A DNA stretch of 64,000 nucleotides. It comes from Antechinus flavipes (lineage: Eukaryota). Both the position numbers and the translations under genes were made by a program. Numbering within the stretch: the stretch's first letter is position 1; each line of letters begins with the position of its first letter. The stretch spans positions 70,184,001 to 70,248,000 of the forward strand of contig NC_067399.1 of NCBI RefSeq assembly GCF_016432865.1. The letters run 5' to 3'. Positions 1-11,368 of the stretch are shown here, piece after piece. The notes below the pieces were generated by a model that had not been told where the DNA came from, searched no databases, and saw nothing but the letters and a program-made list of their open reading frames with translations.

Positions 1-354
1 ACTTTGCTGGGTTTCAATTTCTATACCACTAAAATGAAAAGGCTGGACTAGATGACTTCTGTGGTCCATTAAAGTTTTCTATCTATATAATATGGGGAAT
101 AAATATTAGATTTTTTCTCAGTTTGAACTCAGAAGACAGAACTAGAAGAAATGAATAGAAATTTGAGGAAAGCATAGTTTGGCTTGGTAAAAGGAAACAA
201 CTTTCAAATCACCAGTATCTAAAAGCAAAACAGAGTATTTCCCCTTATTAGACAATTTCAAGCAGAAAATATCATAAAGAAGATTCTTGCTCAAATATTA
301 ATCAAATCCTGGTAACAAGTAAATGGTAAATTAATTAGAGCACAAACACACATA

Positions 355-570
355 TTTAAAAAATCCTGAGTTCAATTTGAACTTCAGGCATTAACTGGGT
401 ATTTTTGAGTAAGTAAATTAACCTCTATTTGCCTCAGTTTCCTCATCTATAATATTCATATAATTATCACACTTCCCTCCAAGGGTCAGTATGAGAATCA
501 AATAAGATAATTTTTATAAAGCACTTAATCCTGGCACATATATTATTAAATATTAACTATTATTACTAGC
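355..570 (+). mobile_element. MIR/CORE-SINE
   Basis: B-box-like cctgagttcaa, CORE gcctcagtttcctcatctataa, MIR tail ...aaagcacttaatcctggcacata. Confidence 0.75.
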
Positions 571-684
571 ATTGAGTACAAATTGGATTGAATAAATACT
601 GCGTTTCTTTTGACTCTAAGATGCAATGATTGACAGTTACATAATATAGAACAAATCTTTCTCTCGGCAACCTCAGGAAAGAGG

Positions 685-815
685 TACTATTGGTGACACT
701 AGTCACATTTTACTGTTGAAGAAACAGAAAGCTCAGAGGCATTAAAGAACTTGTCCATGATCATGTGGCCAGTAAATAACAGCCTAAATTCAAGCAATCC
801 TAGAATTTCTGACTC
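685..815 (-). mobile_element. MIR fragment
   Basis: Reverse MIR signature catttta..tgaagaaacagaaagctcagagg. Confidence 0.55.
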
Positions 816-1499
816 TTCTGAGTCCACTAATTTTGGTGTTAAATCATACACTCCCTTGATCCATAATAGACTTTATAAATGCATGCATACATTTGGAGGG
901 TGGAGAAGGATTCAAAAACAATATTACTAATGATTAAAGTTGACAATTGGTCACTCTCTTCCTAATCAAAAGGTCTAACATTTACTTTAGACCAGAGATG
1001 TGAAATACTCTACCATAGACAGGACCTGAATTAAATGTAATTGGAAAATATTTTACAAAATAAGTAAAAATTAAAAGAACAACGATAATGTTAATGATTT
1101 TCTAAACCAATTCCCCTTCAAGGATCCTTTTAGAACATTTTGTGGTTATTTATATTTGAGTTTGGCACCACTATTTCTTGACAATTATTTTTTGTTTTCT
1201 TGCATCTGCAGATTTCCTTTCCAATCTATCCTTATCATTGCTATCACTATGATCTTTGCTATGTACAGATCTGTTCATATCATTTCTATGTTAGGAACAA
1301 AAATATAACAATAACAAGGCAAGCAAACAAAACACAAATATATTTTCAGTCATTCACCACCATGAATAGAGTAAAATTCAGAGACCCCAGGGTTCAAGAC
1401 CTGGAACAAGGTAGTGCCACCCTACCTTGTTAGCTTTATGTCATAATATCCTTTTGATATTGATGCTCTAATCAAAATTCACCTGAACAGAACCTTGTG

Positions 1500-1810
1500 T
1501 TCTCAAGGATTATTTTTTCTTACACTGCTGCCTCTACCTAGGTTACCCCTTTCTCTTCCCTGCTTCCCCCCTCATTTTAAGACTAATTAAGTCATCTCTT
1601 CTTTAAAGTCATCTCTTAATTTCCCCCACACAGTCCCCTAGAATAATTTTATGATTTTATCACATCATATTTTACAGTTATTTGTATTGGTATCACAACT
1701 AGAGTATAAACTCCATGAGAGTAGAGGGGATTGACTGATGCAGTCAGTAATAAGTACCTAGTATAGAAGTCTAACACAGTAGGTGCTTAGCAAACATTTG
1801 TTACATAGTT
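1500..1810 (+). mobile_element. L2 LINE 3' end
   Basis: ctagagtataaactccatgagagtagagg ... acagtaggtgcttagcaaacatttg matches the L2 terminus. Confidence 0.65.
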
Positions 1811-1980
1811 ATTTATAAGACTGGGTTTATTTTAGAGGGAAAATGCAAAGTAGATGCAAATTTTAGAATTAAAAAGCCCATTGCTGGGTGATTTGGTTCA
1901 TTTTTATCCCATTTGTAGGTGTTATCTCAATGTTTTTTCCATAGATGCCAGGGAATAATTCATTTTGGCATTACTAGTCC

Positions 1981-2140
1981 AGGATCAGCTAGGTGGCACA
2001 GGGCACCAGCCCTGAATCAGGAGGACCTGAGTTCAAATTTGACCTCAGACACTTAACACTTCCTAGCTATGTGATCTTGGGCAAGTCACTTAATCCCAAT
2101 TACATCAGAAGAAAGTAATAATAATAAATAATAATAAAAC
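1981..2140 (+). mobile_element. WSINE1-like marsupial SINE
   Basis: cagctaggtggcac...ggaggacctgagttcaaatttgacctcagacacttaacacttcctagctatgtgatcttgggcaagtcacttaatcccaat, then a (TAA)n tail. Confidence 0.85.
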
Positions 2141-2634
2141 AAATTCCAGAGGGCATTTCTCAGTTGTAGAGGTTCATTCTCTCTGTTTTCCCAACCTGAT
2201 TGTAAGCCATTTGAAAACAGGATCAAACAATAATTTGGTGATGAATATGAATTTTTCATGTCATCTAATGTACTTATGACCACATATACTTGGCAATAAT
2301 TCCCAAGAGCCTTGTATGTGGATGGATCTGGCTATAAAAAAGTGTACAAAGAAGTATCATCTATAAGTTTGATAATCCTAAATTATGTACATTAATTTGG
2401 GTTGGGGTGGAGTACCTTAAATGGTAGCAAGGCAAGTTAAGGAGTAGAATTAAAACAGAAATATTAGAAAAGATAGGAAAGAAGAGATATACACAAACAC
2501 TACAAGAAGGATAAAGAGTAGGATTTATTAGAAAAAAAAGTACAGCTAATAGTATTTTACTCTAGAAAAAGTTAAATTTATAGATTCAATCAAGAGAAAT
2601 TTACATTATGTCATTCATACTAATATTGTTTTAG

Positions 2635-2795
2635 ATGCATATTTACATATGAGTAAATGCACGTGTATGTATATATATGTGTGAGTGCACACATGTGTAT
2701 ATGAGAATATGTAGATATGTATTATGATTATTTATATGCATATTTAGATATTTATATATATAAAGGGTCTATAGGTGGATGTGAATGTATATGTA
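2635..2795. repeat. TA/TG low-complexity tract next to a gap
   Basis: Degenerate (TA)/(TG) run, read directly. Confidence 0.8.
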
Positions 2796-2968
2796 NNNNN
2801 NNNNNNNNNNNNNNNNNNNNNNNNNNNNNNNNNNNNNNNNNNNNNNNNNNNNNNNNNNNNNNNNNNNNNNNNNNNNNNNNNNNNNNNNNNNNNNNNNNNN
2901 NNNNNNNNNNNNNNNNNNNNNNNNNNNNNNNNNNNNNNNNNNNNNNNNNNNNNNNNNNNNNNNNNNNN
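2796..2968. other. Assembly gap (173 N)
   Basis: N run. Confidence 1.
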
Positions 2969-3250
2969 ATTATAGCCTGCTTGATGAAAGTGAGGGGAAA
3001 TGAAAGAAGAAAAAAGAATAAAATTTAAAAGTGCACAGCAGCAAACAAAAGAATAATCTCTAAGAAACAAAGAAAAGATGAAGACTCAAGAATATAACTT
3101 TTTTTACTATCATATATCTTCTCTTGAACTGGTAATTTATTGTTATATATTTTGAATCTTCCCTAATGTTCCTACTGGGCACTTAACAATGTTCTGTTTT
3201 GTTTTGTTTTCCTTTTCTATTTCTCTTTTTTCTATTATTTTTTAAAATAA
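2969..3250 (+). mobile_element. Probable L1 3' UTR fragment
   Basis: aaagtgcacagcag...aaaagatg...tatattttgaatc...aaaataaat resembles dasyurid L1 3' ends (recall). Confidence 0.5.
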
Positions 3251-3279
3251 ATGTGAATTGGCCTCAACCCTTCTCCTAA

Positions 3280-4394
3280 CATTCCTTGAAGTGCACAAAA
3301 AGAATTTTAAAAACTCAAATAAGATAGGTAAAGGAAAAATTAGCAAAATAAGTCAAGTCAGGTGATACAAGAAAATAATGGAGAAAAAAGAATCAAGATC
3401 TTGGTAGAGAAGGCACAAAAATATACTAAAAAGAATAATACCTTGAAAAACAGATTAGGCCAATTGTAAAAGATTCACAAAAATTTTCTGAAAAGAACAC
3501 TTTAAAATGTAGAATTGATTCAATGAAAAAGGAGGTACAAAAGCTCACTGAAGGGAACTTGTTAAAATTTGAATCGAGCAAATAGAACCTAATGACTCTG
3601 GCATATCAAGAAAAAAATAAAACAAAGTCAAAAATGAAAAAAAAGTAAAAGAAAACATGAAATATCTCTTTGGAAAAAACATAATTTCAGGGGAGATCAT
3701 TTGTGTTTATTATACTATATAAAAGAGTCATGATTTTTAAAAAGAACCTAGGCATCATCTTTTTAAAAAAGGTAACGAGGAAAACTGCTTTCACATCCTA
3801 GAACCAGAGGATAAAATAGAAATAGAATTCATTAATCACCTTCTGAAAGAAATCCCCAAAGGAAAACTGCCAGGAATATAATAAACAAATTCCAGAACTC
3901 CCACTTCAAGGAAAACATATCGCAAGCAGTCAGAAAAAATAATTCAAATATATTGGAGCCATAGTCAAGATAAGACAAGATTTAGCAGCTTTTACCTTAA
4001 AGGATCAGAGGACTTGGAATGTGATATTCTAGAGGGCAAAAGAGCTAGGATTACAACCAAGAATTACCTGACCAGTACATCTGAGTTTCGTGCTTCAGGA
4101 AAAAATGTATTTCTAATGAAACAGAGGACTTTCAAATATTCCTTAGGAAAAAATCAGAGATGAATAGAAAATTTGAATTTCAAATACAAGACTTAAGAAA
4201 AGCATAAACATGTAAACTGGAAAAAGAAATCATAAAGGATTCAATAATGTTAAATTGTTTGTTTTCCTACATGGAAAGATGATACTTGTAACTTAGGAAC
4301 TTTATCCATGTTAAAATAATTAAGAAGGAGTGTACATAAGCAGAAAACATGGGTATGAATTAATTATGATGGGGTGATATCTAGAAAACAAATT
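3280..4394 (+). mobile_element. HAL1/L1-type element, outer copy, left part (degenerate ORF1 and start of spacer)
   Basis: ORF1 remnants such as ctagaaccagaggataaaatagaaa and caagatttagcagcttttaccttaaaggatcagagg; breaks at gatatctagaaaacaaatt. Confidence 0.8.
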
Positions 4395-5634
4395 GAGAGG
4401 CAGAGTTATAATGGTAGAATAGGGAGTTAAGGACTCACCCAGTTTCTCCCCCAAACTCTTCCAAATAACAATTCAAAACAAATTTTAGAGCATCAGAATC
4501 CACAAAAAAAGATGGAGTGGAATAATTTTCCAGCCAAAAACAACTTGGAAGTTCAGCAGGAGGGATCTGTTAAATCGGGGTGGGTCTGGAGAACAATTAT
4601 GGTCCAAGCTATGCCAGAACAGTTTGGCCCTGAGGAAAGCAGGTACTTGTGGTGGGGCACCTAAATGGGCAGCAGTGGCAGCAATCTCCAGACCTCTCAG
4701 CCTACAGAGGCCAAGGATAACTCAGCAGAAAAGATTTGACAAACTAGGGTGTGAGGGAAGCCCCACCCAGGACTGGGCTTTGTTAGCCACTGGTCAGTAG
4801 TAGCAGCGATGCTATAATGCTAATAACAGTTATTGCAGTAGCAACAGCAGTAGATTCTCAAGATCTTAGTACACAGGTAGATGGGATGGAATAACTAACT
4901 GGTCATAGGGAAATTGCAGGGGCGTCTTTGCTGGTACCACTTCAGGATTTGTTTCTTTGCCCATGTTCAGATTCATGTTGCAGTGCCAGTTCACAGTACA
5001 GATCCCCAGAAGGATTTCTGAAAATAGCTAAAGCTTGGGATTCTCCAACCTGGAAATATAGCCCTACTTTTTAAAAGAGTGAAAATCCATATAATAAACT
5101 GGAGAAATGAGCAAACAGTAGACACAGATTCTTACCATAGAAAGCTACTGTGGTGACAAGGAAGACCAAAATACAAACCCAGAAGCTTATAATACAGCTC
5201 CTATATCCAAACTCTCCAAAAAAATTAGAGCTCAGGCTCCAATCCAAGAATTGGCTCAAGCCATGAAAAAGTTCAAAAGGGATTTTTAAAATTAAGTAAG
5301 AAAGGTAGAGGAAAAATTGGGAAGAAAAATGAGGGTAATACAAAAGGAAATATAAAAAGCTAATAAGGTGACGAATGCCTTAAAAAGCAAAATTAGCCAA
5401 CTAGGAAATGAGGTACAAAAACACTGAGGAAAATAGTCCATTAAAATTTATAATTGAGGAAAGAAAGCTAATAACTTTATGAAAAATTAAGATATAATAA
5501 AAACAAAAACCAAATAATGAAAAAAAGAAAAAAATGAAATTATCTCATTGGAAATTATTTCATTGGACCTGAAAAATAGATTCAGGAGAGATACTTTAAA
5601 AATTATTGTTCTACCTGAGTTCAAATCTGGTCTC

Positions 5635-5767
5635 NNNNNNNNNNNNNNNNNNNNNNNNNNNNNNNNNNNNNNNNNNNNNNNNNNNNNNNNNNNNNNNNNN
5701 NNNNNNNNNNNNNNNNNNNNNNNNNNNNNNNNNNNNNNNNNNNNNNNNNNNNNNNNNNNNNNNNNNN
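5635..5767. other. Assembly gap (133 N)
   Basis: N run. Confidence 1.
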
Positions 5768-5970
5768 TTCTCCTTGATTTGAGAGTTCTGAAATTCGGTT
5801 TGGTTATAATATTCCTTGTAGTTTTCATCTTGGAATCTTTTTCAGAAGATGATCAGTGAATTTTTTCATTTTCTATTTTACTCTCTGGTTCTGCCATATC
5901 CATATAGTTTTCTTTGATAATTTCTCAAAAGATGATGTTCAGACTTTTTTTGATCATGTCTTTCAGGTAG
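5768..5970 (-). mobile_element. Inverted ORF1 segment inside the inner HAL1 copy
   Basis: Reverse complement reads ctacctgaaagacatgatc...caaatcaaggagaa, the ORF1 stretch missing between 5618 and about 5990. Confidence 0.8.
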
Positions 5971-7460
5971 AAATATATATAGAAATATATAAAGAAACAA
6001 TTCAAAGATAGTGGAGCCACAATCAGAATAACAAAAGATTTAGCAGCTTCTACATTAAAAGATTGAAGGACTTGGGATATGATATTCCAGAGAACATTTA
6101 GCTGGGATTACAACCAAGAATCATCTACTCTGCAAAAATGAGTATAAACCCTTCATGGGAAAAGGTGGAAGTTCAATGAAACAGAGAACTTTCAAACATT
6201 CATGACAAAATACTGGACTCAGGAAAAGCATAATGAGGTAATTGGAGAAGAGAAATAATAAGGGACTTAATATAGGCTAATTCATTTACATTCGTACATG
6301 TTAGGATATACGTGTAATGTCTAGGAACTTTCTAATTATTAAAGCCTTTAGAAAGAACACATATAGACAGAGGGCACAAGTGTGAGTTGAATATGAGGGA
6401 ATAATATCTAAAAATATCTTTAAAGAAAATAAAATCAGGGAGTGAAAGAGGCATGAACTTTGAGAAAAGGAAAGGAAGAAATGGAATGGTATAAATTATC
6501 TGCCATAAAAGCAGCAAGAAAAAGCTTTTATAATGGAGGGCAAGAAGGGAAGGAGAAGGGAGTGAATAAACTTTTCATCAAACTTTGCTCAAAAAGAAAA
6601 TATCATACACACTAAATACGTGTAAAAAAAATTATCTTCCCTGCAGCAAAGTAGGAGAAGAAAGGGATACAAGAAGGGGAGAAGGTGATAGAAGAAAGGA
6701 CACAATGAGGAGTGATTGGTCAGTAGCAAAACACTTTTGAAAAGGGACAGGTTGAAAAGAGAGAATAGAATAAACAAAAGGGATATAGAGTTAGCAAAAC
6801 TAATTATGAAAATAATTTTGAAGCAAGTTTCTCTGATGAAGGCTCCTTCTCTCAGATATACGAGTCATATATATATATATATATATAAAACCCTTCTCCA
6901 ATTAACTAATGATCAAAAGATATAATCTATGCCCAAAGATTTATAAAACCACGTATTTCCCTTGACCTAATAATACTATTAGGCATCAAAAAAAAAAAAA
7001 AGATTTTTAAAAAAGGAAGAAGAACCTATAGATATAAAAATATTTTTAGCATTTCTTTTCTCAGAGCAAAGTAATGGAAATTGAGGGTCTGTCCATCAAT
7101 TGGGAAATGACTAAATAAATTGTTCTATGTGATTATGAAGGAATGTTATTGTTCTATAAGAAATGATGAGCAGGATGCACTCAGGAAAACTTGGACAGCC
7201 TTCCATGAGCTCAAGCAGACTGTGTACATAGTAACAACAAAGTTATAGGATGGTCAGTTTTGAATCATTTTATTATTTTAAGTAATACAATGATCCAAGA
7301 CTACTCTGGAGGACTTATGATGAAAAATACTGTCCATAACATCACATGGGCCTTCTCAGTTGGAGGAGGGAGAGGAAAGAGGAGAATCTGGAATTCAAAA
7401 ATTTAAAAATAAATGTAAAAATCCTAACTGGGGAAAATAAAAATTAAAACATGAAAAAAT

Positions 7461-8590
7461 GGGAATGACAAGGGAGAGGAAAGAATTACGCACTGGAGAA
7501 AAGGGAAAAGGAAAAGTAGAATGGAATAAATCATCTCATGTAAAAGAGGCACAAAAAAGCTTTTATAGTGAAGGGAAAATAGTGAGTGGTGGCAGACATC
7601 ATTTGAACTTTACTATCATTAAAATTAGTTCAAAGAAAGAAAAACATGCATACTCAGGGATAGAAATCTATCTTATAGTATAGAGAAATAGGAGAAGAAG
7701 ATAATGGAAGTGTGGTGCTGATAGAAAATAGAATGTATTTTGGGTAGCAAGTTTTGAATCAGCAAATTTCTATGATAAAGACCTCATTTCTCAAATATAT
7801 AAGCAATTGAGCCAAATTTATAAGGATGCAAGTCATTCTCCTATTGATAAATGATCAAATATTATGAACAGGCAGTTTTCAGATGAAGATATTAGAGCTA
7901 TATATAATCATATTAAAATACTCTAATTCATTATGGTTAGAGTATTATGATTTAAAATAACTCAGGTGTCACTTTACATCTATCATGTTGATTGATATAA
8001 CTAAAAAAAAGGAAAAGGACTTAATAGGTACAAAAATATTTAAATGGCCTCCTCTTCTTTCTTTCTCTCTCTTTTAAGTGGCAAAGAATTGGAAATGCTC
8101 ATCAACTGGGGAATAGCTAAACATGTTGTGATACATGATTGTGATAGAATACTATTATGTGCTAAGAAATGATGAGAAGGATATTTTTAGAATAACTTGG
8201 AAAGACTTATATGAACCGATACAAAGTGAAGTGAAAAGAATGAGAAGAGTGCACAAAGTAACAATGAAATTGCAAAATGATCATTTGTGAAAAGCTTAGC
8301 TATTTTAAGCAACACAATGATTCAGATGATAAGATGATAATAAAGGGTAACTACTTACAGAAAAAGAATAGATGGAGTCTGCAGATAAAAGCAAGCCTTT
8401 TTTAAACTTACTTTTTTTTTTGGTTTGTGTTTTCTTTCACAACCTGAATAATCTGGAAATTTGTTTTTGTATAACCTATAGCAAATGACTTCAATGAAGA
8501 GGGGCAGGGAAGAATGGAAGAAAGGAATTTAGAACTCAAAATAAAAAAAAAATGTTTAAAATTGTTTTTACATGTAATAATGAAAAATAA
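7461..8590 (+). mobile_element. HAL1/L1-type element, outer copy, right part
   Basis: Resumes the spacer where the outer copy broke at 4394; jumps to gcaaatttctatgataaagacctc at about 7760, then 3' UTR and A-rich end. Confidence 0.75.
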
Positions 8591-8664
8591 AATATTTCAA
8601 AAAGTATAAATTTTCAGATCTCCTTCCCACCCTACCCCTTCCTAAGTGATTGTCTGTCTTTTTA

Positions 8665-8895
8665 GATAGGGTAGTAGATAAAACACTGTACTGGTAATAA
8701 GGAAGTTCTGAGTTCAACTCCAGCCTCAATTACTAGTCATGTAATTCTGCACAGATCACTTGATCTTTGACTTTCTAAACTATAAAATGGGGATAATAAT
8801 TGCAACCTAACTCATAGGGTTATTGTAAAGATCAAATGAGTTAATATTTGTAAAGCACTTAGCACAGTAGTAGGTGCTTAATAAATGTGTACTCT
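8665..8895 (+). mobile_element. MIR/Mar-type CORE-SINE
   Basis: ttctgagttcaactccagcctc ... taaaatggggataataat ... gtaaagcacttagcacagtagtaggtgcttaataaatg. Confidence 0.8.
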
Positions 8896-9097
8896 CTTCT
8901 TTTCTCCCCCATTCCATAAGTCTCTGTATTTATATGTCTGATTAATTATTTAAACATATATTATTATGCAGAATTGCGGTAATATAATGATTCTTTATAC
9001 TCCAGGAAGAAAAAAAATGAGGGAGTATTCTGTCCTGAATTTCAAACTTAGGAAAAGTGACTTCCCCAACTAAACTTCATAAAACCCTGATTTTCTA

Positions 9098-9116
9098 CCA
9101 CCATCTGGTGGCAGCA
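9098..9116. promoter_or_regulatory. Candidate palindromic CTCF-like motif
   Basis: CCACCA-TC-TGGTGG-CAGCA resembles the CTCF core on both strands. Confidence 0.3.
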
Positions 9117-9444
9117 CACCTAAATTGTAGAAGTAGTCTTCACAAGGTCACAACTCCATGGATGTTAAGAGTTCTGAAATTGTAAATCTACATTACAAAG
9201 ATATAACTATTGGGACATTCATTTTGATTTTGCCACAAAAATAAGAAACCAAATATGGGAAGCTCTGAAGACAATGAAAATTATACTGAAAACAGAAAAA
9301 AAGATGCTGAGGGTATAGGGAGAAAACTGAAGAAGTTAATTGAGAAGAGAAAAAAAAAAAACTAGGAGACTAAAGTTGGTTCTCTCTTGGGAGGGAGACA
9401 AGAGAAAAAGGGTTCTAAAAAAGAATTTCCCTGACTACTGATAT

Positions 9445-9555
9445 TAATTCAATTCAACAAACTTTTATTAAGCAATTAAGGTGTGTAATACATTGTTCTA
9501 AGGTCTGAGAATTCAAATACTATAATAAAACAGTTCCTGCCCTTCAGAAGCTATT
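9445..9555 (-). mobile_element. L2 3' end
   Basis: attcaattcaacaaacttttattaagc ... cagttcctgcccttcagaagct. Confidence 0.6.
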
Positions 9556-9619
9556 AAAAGAATGAGGTGAGGAGAAAGAAGGAGCAATAAAAGTTGACAA
9601 AGGAGTCATTTGAGATATG

Positions 9620-9950
9620 AGGACAAGGATTATAAGATTTGATCATTTTATAAAATTCATCACTACTAAAGAGATCCAGAAGAAGATGGTGGCTAATGGT
9701 ATTATAACCTGGGTACATACAAAGAAAGAACTTTGACATTTCCATAATTCTGATTCCCCTAAGATTATGTGCACGTGATAATAGATATTATACAAAGAAT
9801 GAAGAAATATGTGAGAGACATCAGTGGTGGCAGTCAAGAGCTTAAGAATTCTGACATGTTGCTAACAGTTCATAGAGCAAGAAGAGATGGCTTCTAAATA
9901 CAGAGAGCTAAACTAGAGCAGCTTGATGCTGGCAGATGTAGTATTTAAAG
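9620..9950 (+). mobile_element. Ancient RTE/RTE-X (L4-like) RT C-terminal remnant
   Basis: Frameshifted ordered motifs G-I-I-T-W, KEL*HFHN, TKNEEICER and F*HVA, compared with YGxETW...AFHN...NEE...WFGHV. Confidence 0.4.
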
Positions 9951-9984
9951 AAAGATGCTTCTACTTAAGGATATGCCTACCAGA

Positions 9985-10017
9985 GAGACAGACAAACAGG
10001 CACAGACAGACAAAGTC

Positions 10018-10062
<45 letters not shown>

Positions 10063-10769
10063 CAAAGACAGAGGCAGAGACAGAGGCAGAGACAGAAGCA
10101 GAGACATAGAGACAAAGAGAGAACCAGACAGAGATTTAAAGGTAAAACAGAGAGAGACACCCAAATACAAAGACAACGACAGAGGGATAGAGACAGAGAA
10201 AGGCAGAGAGACAGAGAAAAAGATAGAAAGGCAGGCTGATAATTAAGCAGAGGTGCACAAAGAGAGACTGGGAGACATTAAAAAATATTAAGAGATATAG
10301 AAGACCCAGAAGCAGAAAATGGAAAGAGGAAAGTCCCACCACCCACCGTCCCCCACACAGAAAGACAGAAAGACAGAAGGAGAGAGAGAGAGACAGATGG
10401 AGGCACAGAGAGACAGAGACAAACAGAAGGATAGAAAGGCACACTGATAAATAGGCAGAGACACACAGAGAAAGATAAGAAGGAGGTAGCGGGGGAGAGA
10501 CAAGAGGAAGGAGAAGAGACAAATAGAATGAGACAGACAGACACAGACAGAGAGACAGAGAGAGATACACAGAGACAGAAAACAAAGACACAAAAACACA
10601 CACACAACAGATATACAGAATCAGAGAGATATAGAGTTAATCACAGAAACAGAGAGAGGCATAAAAGGACAGAGCCAGAAAGATAGAAAAGCAGGCTAAT
10701 AAATAGGCAGTTACAAGCAGAGAAGGAGAATGGAAGAGACTGAAAGTGATCAAGAGTTGTAGAGAGACA
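9985..10769. repeat. Long GA/CAGAGA purine-rich degenerate tandem array
   Basis: (GA)n and GACAGA units; a higher-order unit recurs at 10222, 10430 and 10682. Confidence 0.9.
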
Positions 10770-11368
10770 NNNNNNNNNNNNNNNNNNNNNNNNNNNNNNN
10801 NNNNNNNNNNNNNNNNNNNNNNNNNNNNNNNNNNNNNNNNNNNNNNNNNNNNNNNNNNNNNNNNNNNNNNNNNNNNNNNNNNNNNNNNNNNNNNNNNNNN
10901 NNNNNNNNNNNNNNNNNNNNNNNNNNNNNNNNNNNNNNNNNNNNNNNNNNNNNNNNNNNNNNNNNNNNNNNNNNNNNNNNNNNNNNNNNNNNNNNNNNNN
11001 NNNNNNNNNNNNNNNNNNNNNNNNNNNNNNNNNNNNNNNNNNNNNNNNNNNNNNNNNNNNNNNNNNNNNNNNNNNNNNNNNNNNNNNNNNNNNNNNNNNN
11101 NNNNNNNNNNNNNNNNNNNNNNNNNNNNNNNNNNNNNNNNNNNNNNNNNNNNNNNNNNNNNNNNNNNNNNNNNNNNNNNNNNNNNNNNNNNNNNNNNNNN
11201 NNNNNNNNNNNNNNNNNNNNNNNNNNNNNNNNNNNNNNNNNNNNNNNNNNNNNNNNNNNNNNNNNNNNNNNNNNNNNNNNNNNNNNNNNNNNNNNNNNNN
11301 NNNNNNNNNNNNNNNNNNNNNNNNNNNNNNNNNNNNNNNNNNNNNNNNNNNNNNNNNNNNNNNNNNNN
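10770..11368. other. Assembly gap (599 N)
   Basis: N run. Confidence 1.

Larger units (their letters stand above)
4395..7455 (+). mobile_element. HAL1-like element, inner nested copy (5' UTR, ORF1, ORF2 tail, 3' UTR)
   Basis: L1-type 5' end at 4395; ORF1 ATG at 5107 with stops; spacer joins directly to the ORF2 C-terminal block gcaagtttctctgatgaagg at about 6825; no EN or RT domain. Confidence 0.75.

Noticed and set aside
2717-3070. ORFs spanning N runs (also 5487-5859, 10641-11462, 36499-36872)
   Set aside because: Their length comes from assembly gaps.
9923-10607. Seven overlapping 70-155 aa ORFs (ER/QR-rich and LS/CL-rich)
   Set aside because: They are translations of the GA/CAGAGA array, which lacks stop codons in most frames.
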